Part shown: in pieces, positions 42,991-43,030 of the stretch
Numbering within the stretch: position 1 is the stretch's first letter
Layout of the letters: each line of letters begins with the position of its first letter
From: Desulfobacteraceae bacterium 4484_190.2
GTDB taxonomy: Bacteria; Desulfobacterota; DSM-4660; Desulfatiglandales; Desulfatiglandaceae
Length of the DNA: 43,030 nucleotides
Assembly: GCA_002050025.1 (NCBI GenBank)
Contig: MVDB01000039.1
Location: 1 to 43,030 of the forward strand
Reading direction: 5' to 3'
Notes under the pieces: generated by a model
Told to the model about the DNA's origin: nothing
Databases searched by the model: none
The model's input: the letters and a program-made list of their open reading frames with translations, nothing else
Translations under genes and position numbers: made by a program

Positions 42991-43030
42991 ACATACCACC
43001 TCACGTAAAATAAATTCTGAACAACCATTT

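Overview
This 43 kb window looks like it comes from a strict anaerobe, probably a Desulfobacterota-type genome. That guess is inferred only from gene content: nrdDG, rubredoxin, ferredoxin, and an EtfA with a ferredoxin domain. There are no rRNA or tRNA genes, no CRISPR array, and no integrase or transposase. The window has three parts. (1) 1-10.5 kb is an accessory patch. It holds a hypothetical 516-aa protein coupled to an upstream gene, a single-chain AbiEi-like/nucleotidyltransferase fusion, and a divergent Arch_ATPase/DUF234 ATPase behind a promoter with twin palindromes. It also holds an overlapping small-protein/UPF0489-like pair, a fluorescence-recovery-protein (FRP)-like fusion protein, a class V aminotransferase with a relic copy of its own 5' end, and a truncated response regulator. 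(2) 11.8-31.2 kb is a same-strand catabolic cluster: family III CoA-transferase, EtfBA, acyl-CoA dehydrogenase, split B12 acyl-CoA mutase, TRAP transporter, PaaK-type CoA ligase, three-subunit Mo-hydroxylase and hydantoinase A/B. This enzyme set matches the one proposed for anaerobic indoleacetate (iaa) degradation in Aromatoleum/Azoarcus. The Mo-subunit gene is broken. (3) 31.2-43 kb is housekeeping and redox: an HcnAB-like pair, a TPR protein, a frameshifted mannose-6-P isomerase, a serine/threonine dehydratase, an aldo-keto reductase, a rubredoxin-ferredoxin-TIGR02757 operon and nrdDG. At least five families of short palindromic MITE/REP-like repeats run through the whole window. Some are nested, some sit between operon genes, and one carries a captured gene fragment. 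A 53-aa rubredoxin and two small ORFs are missing from the supplied ORF track.
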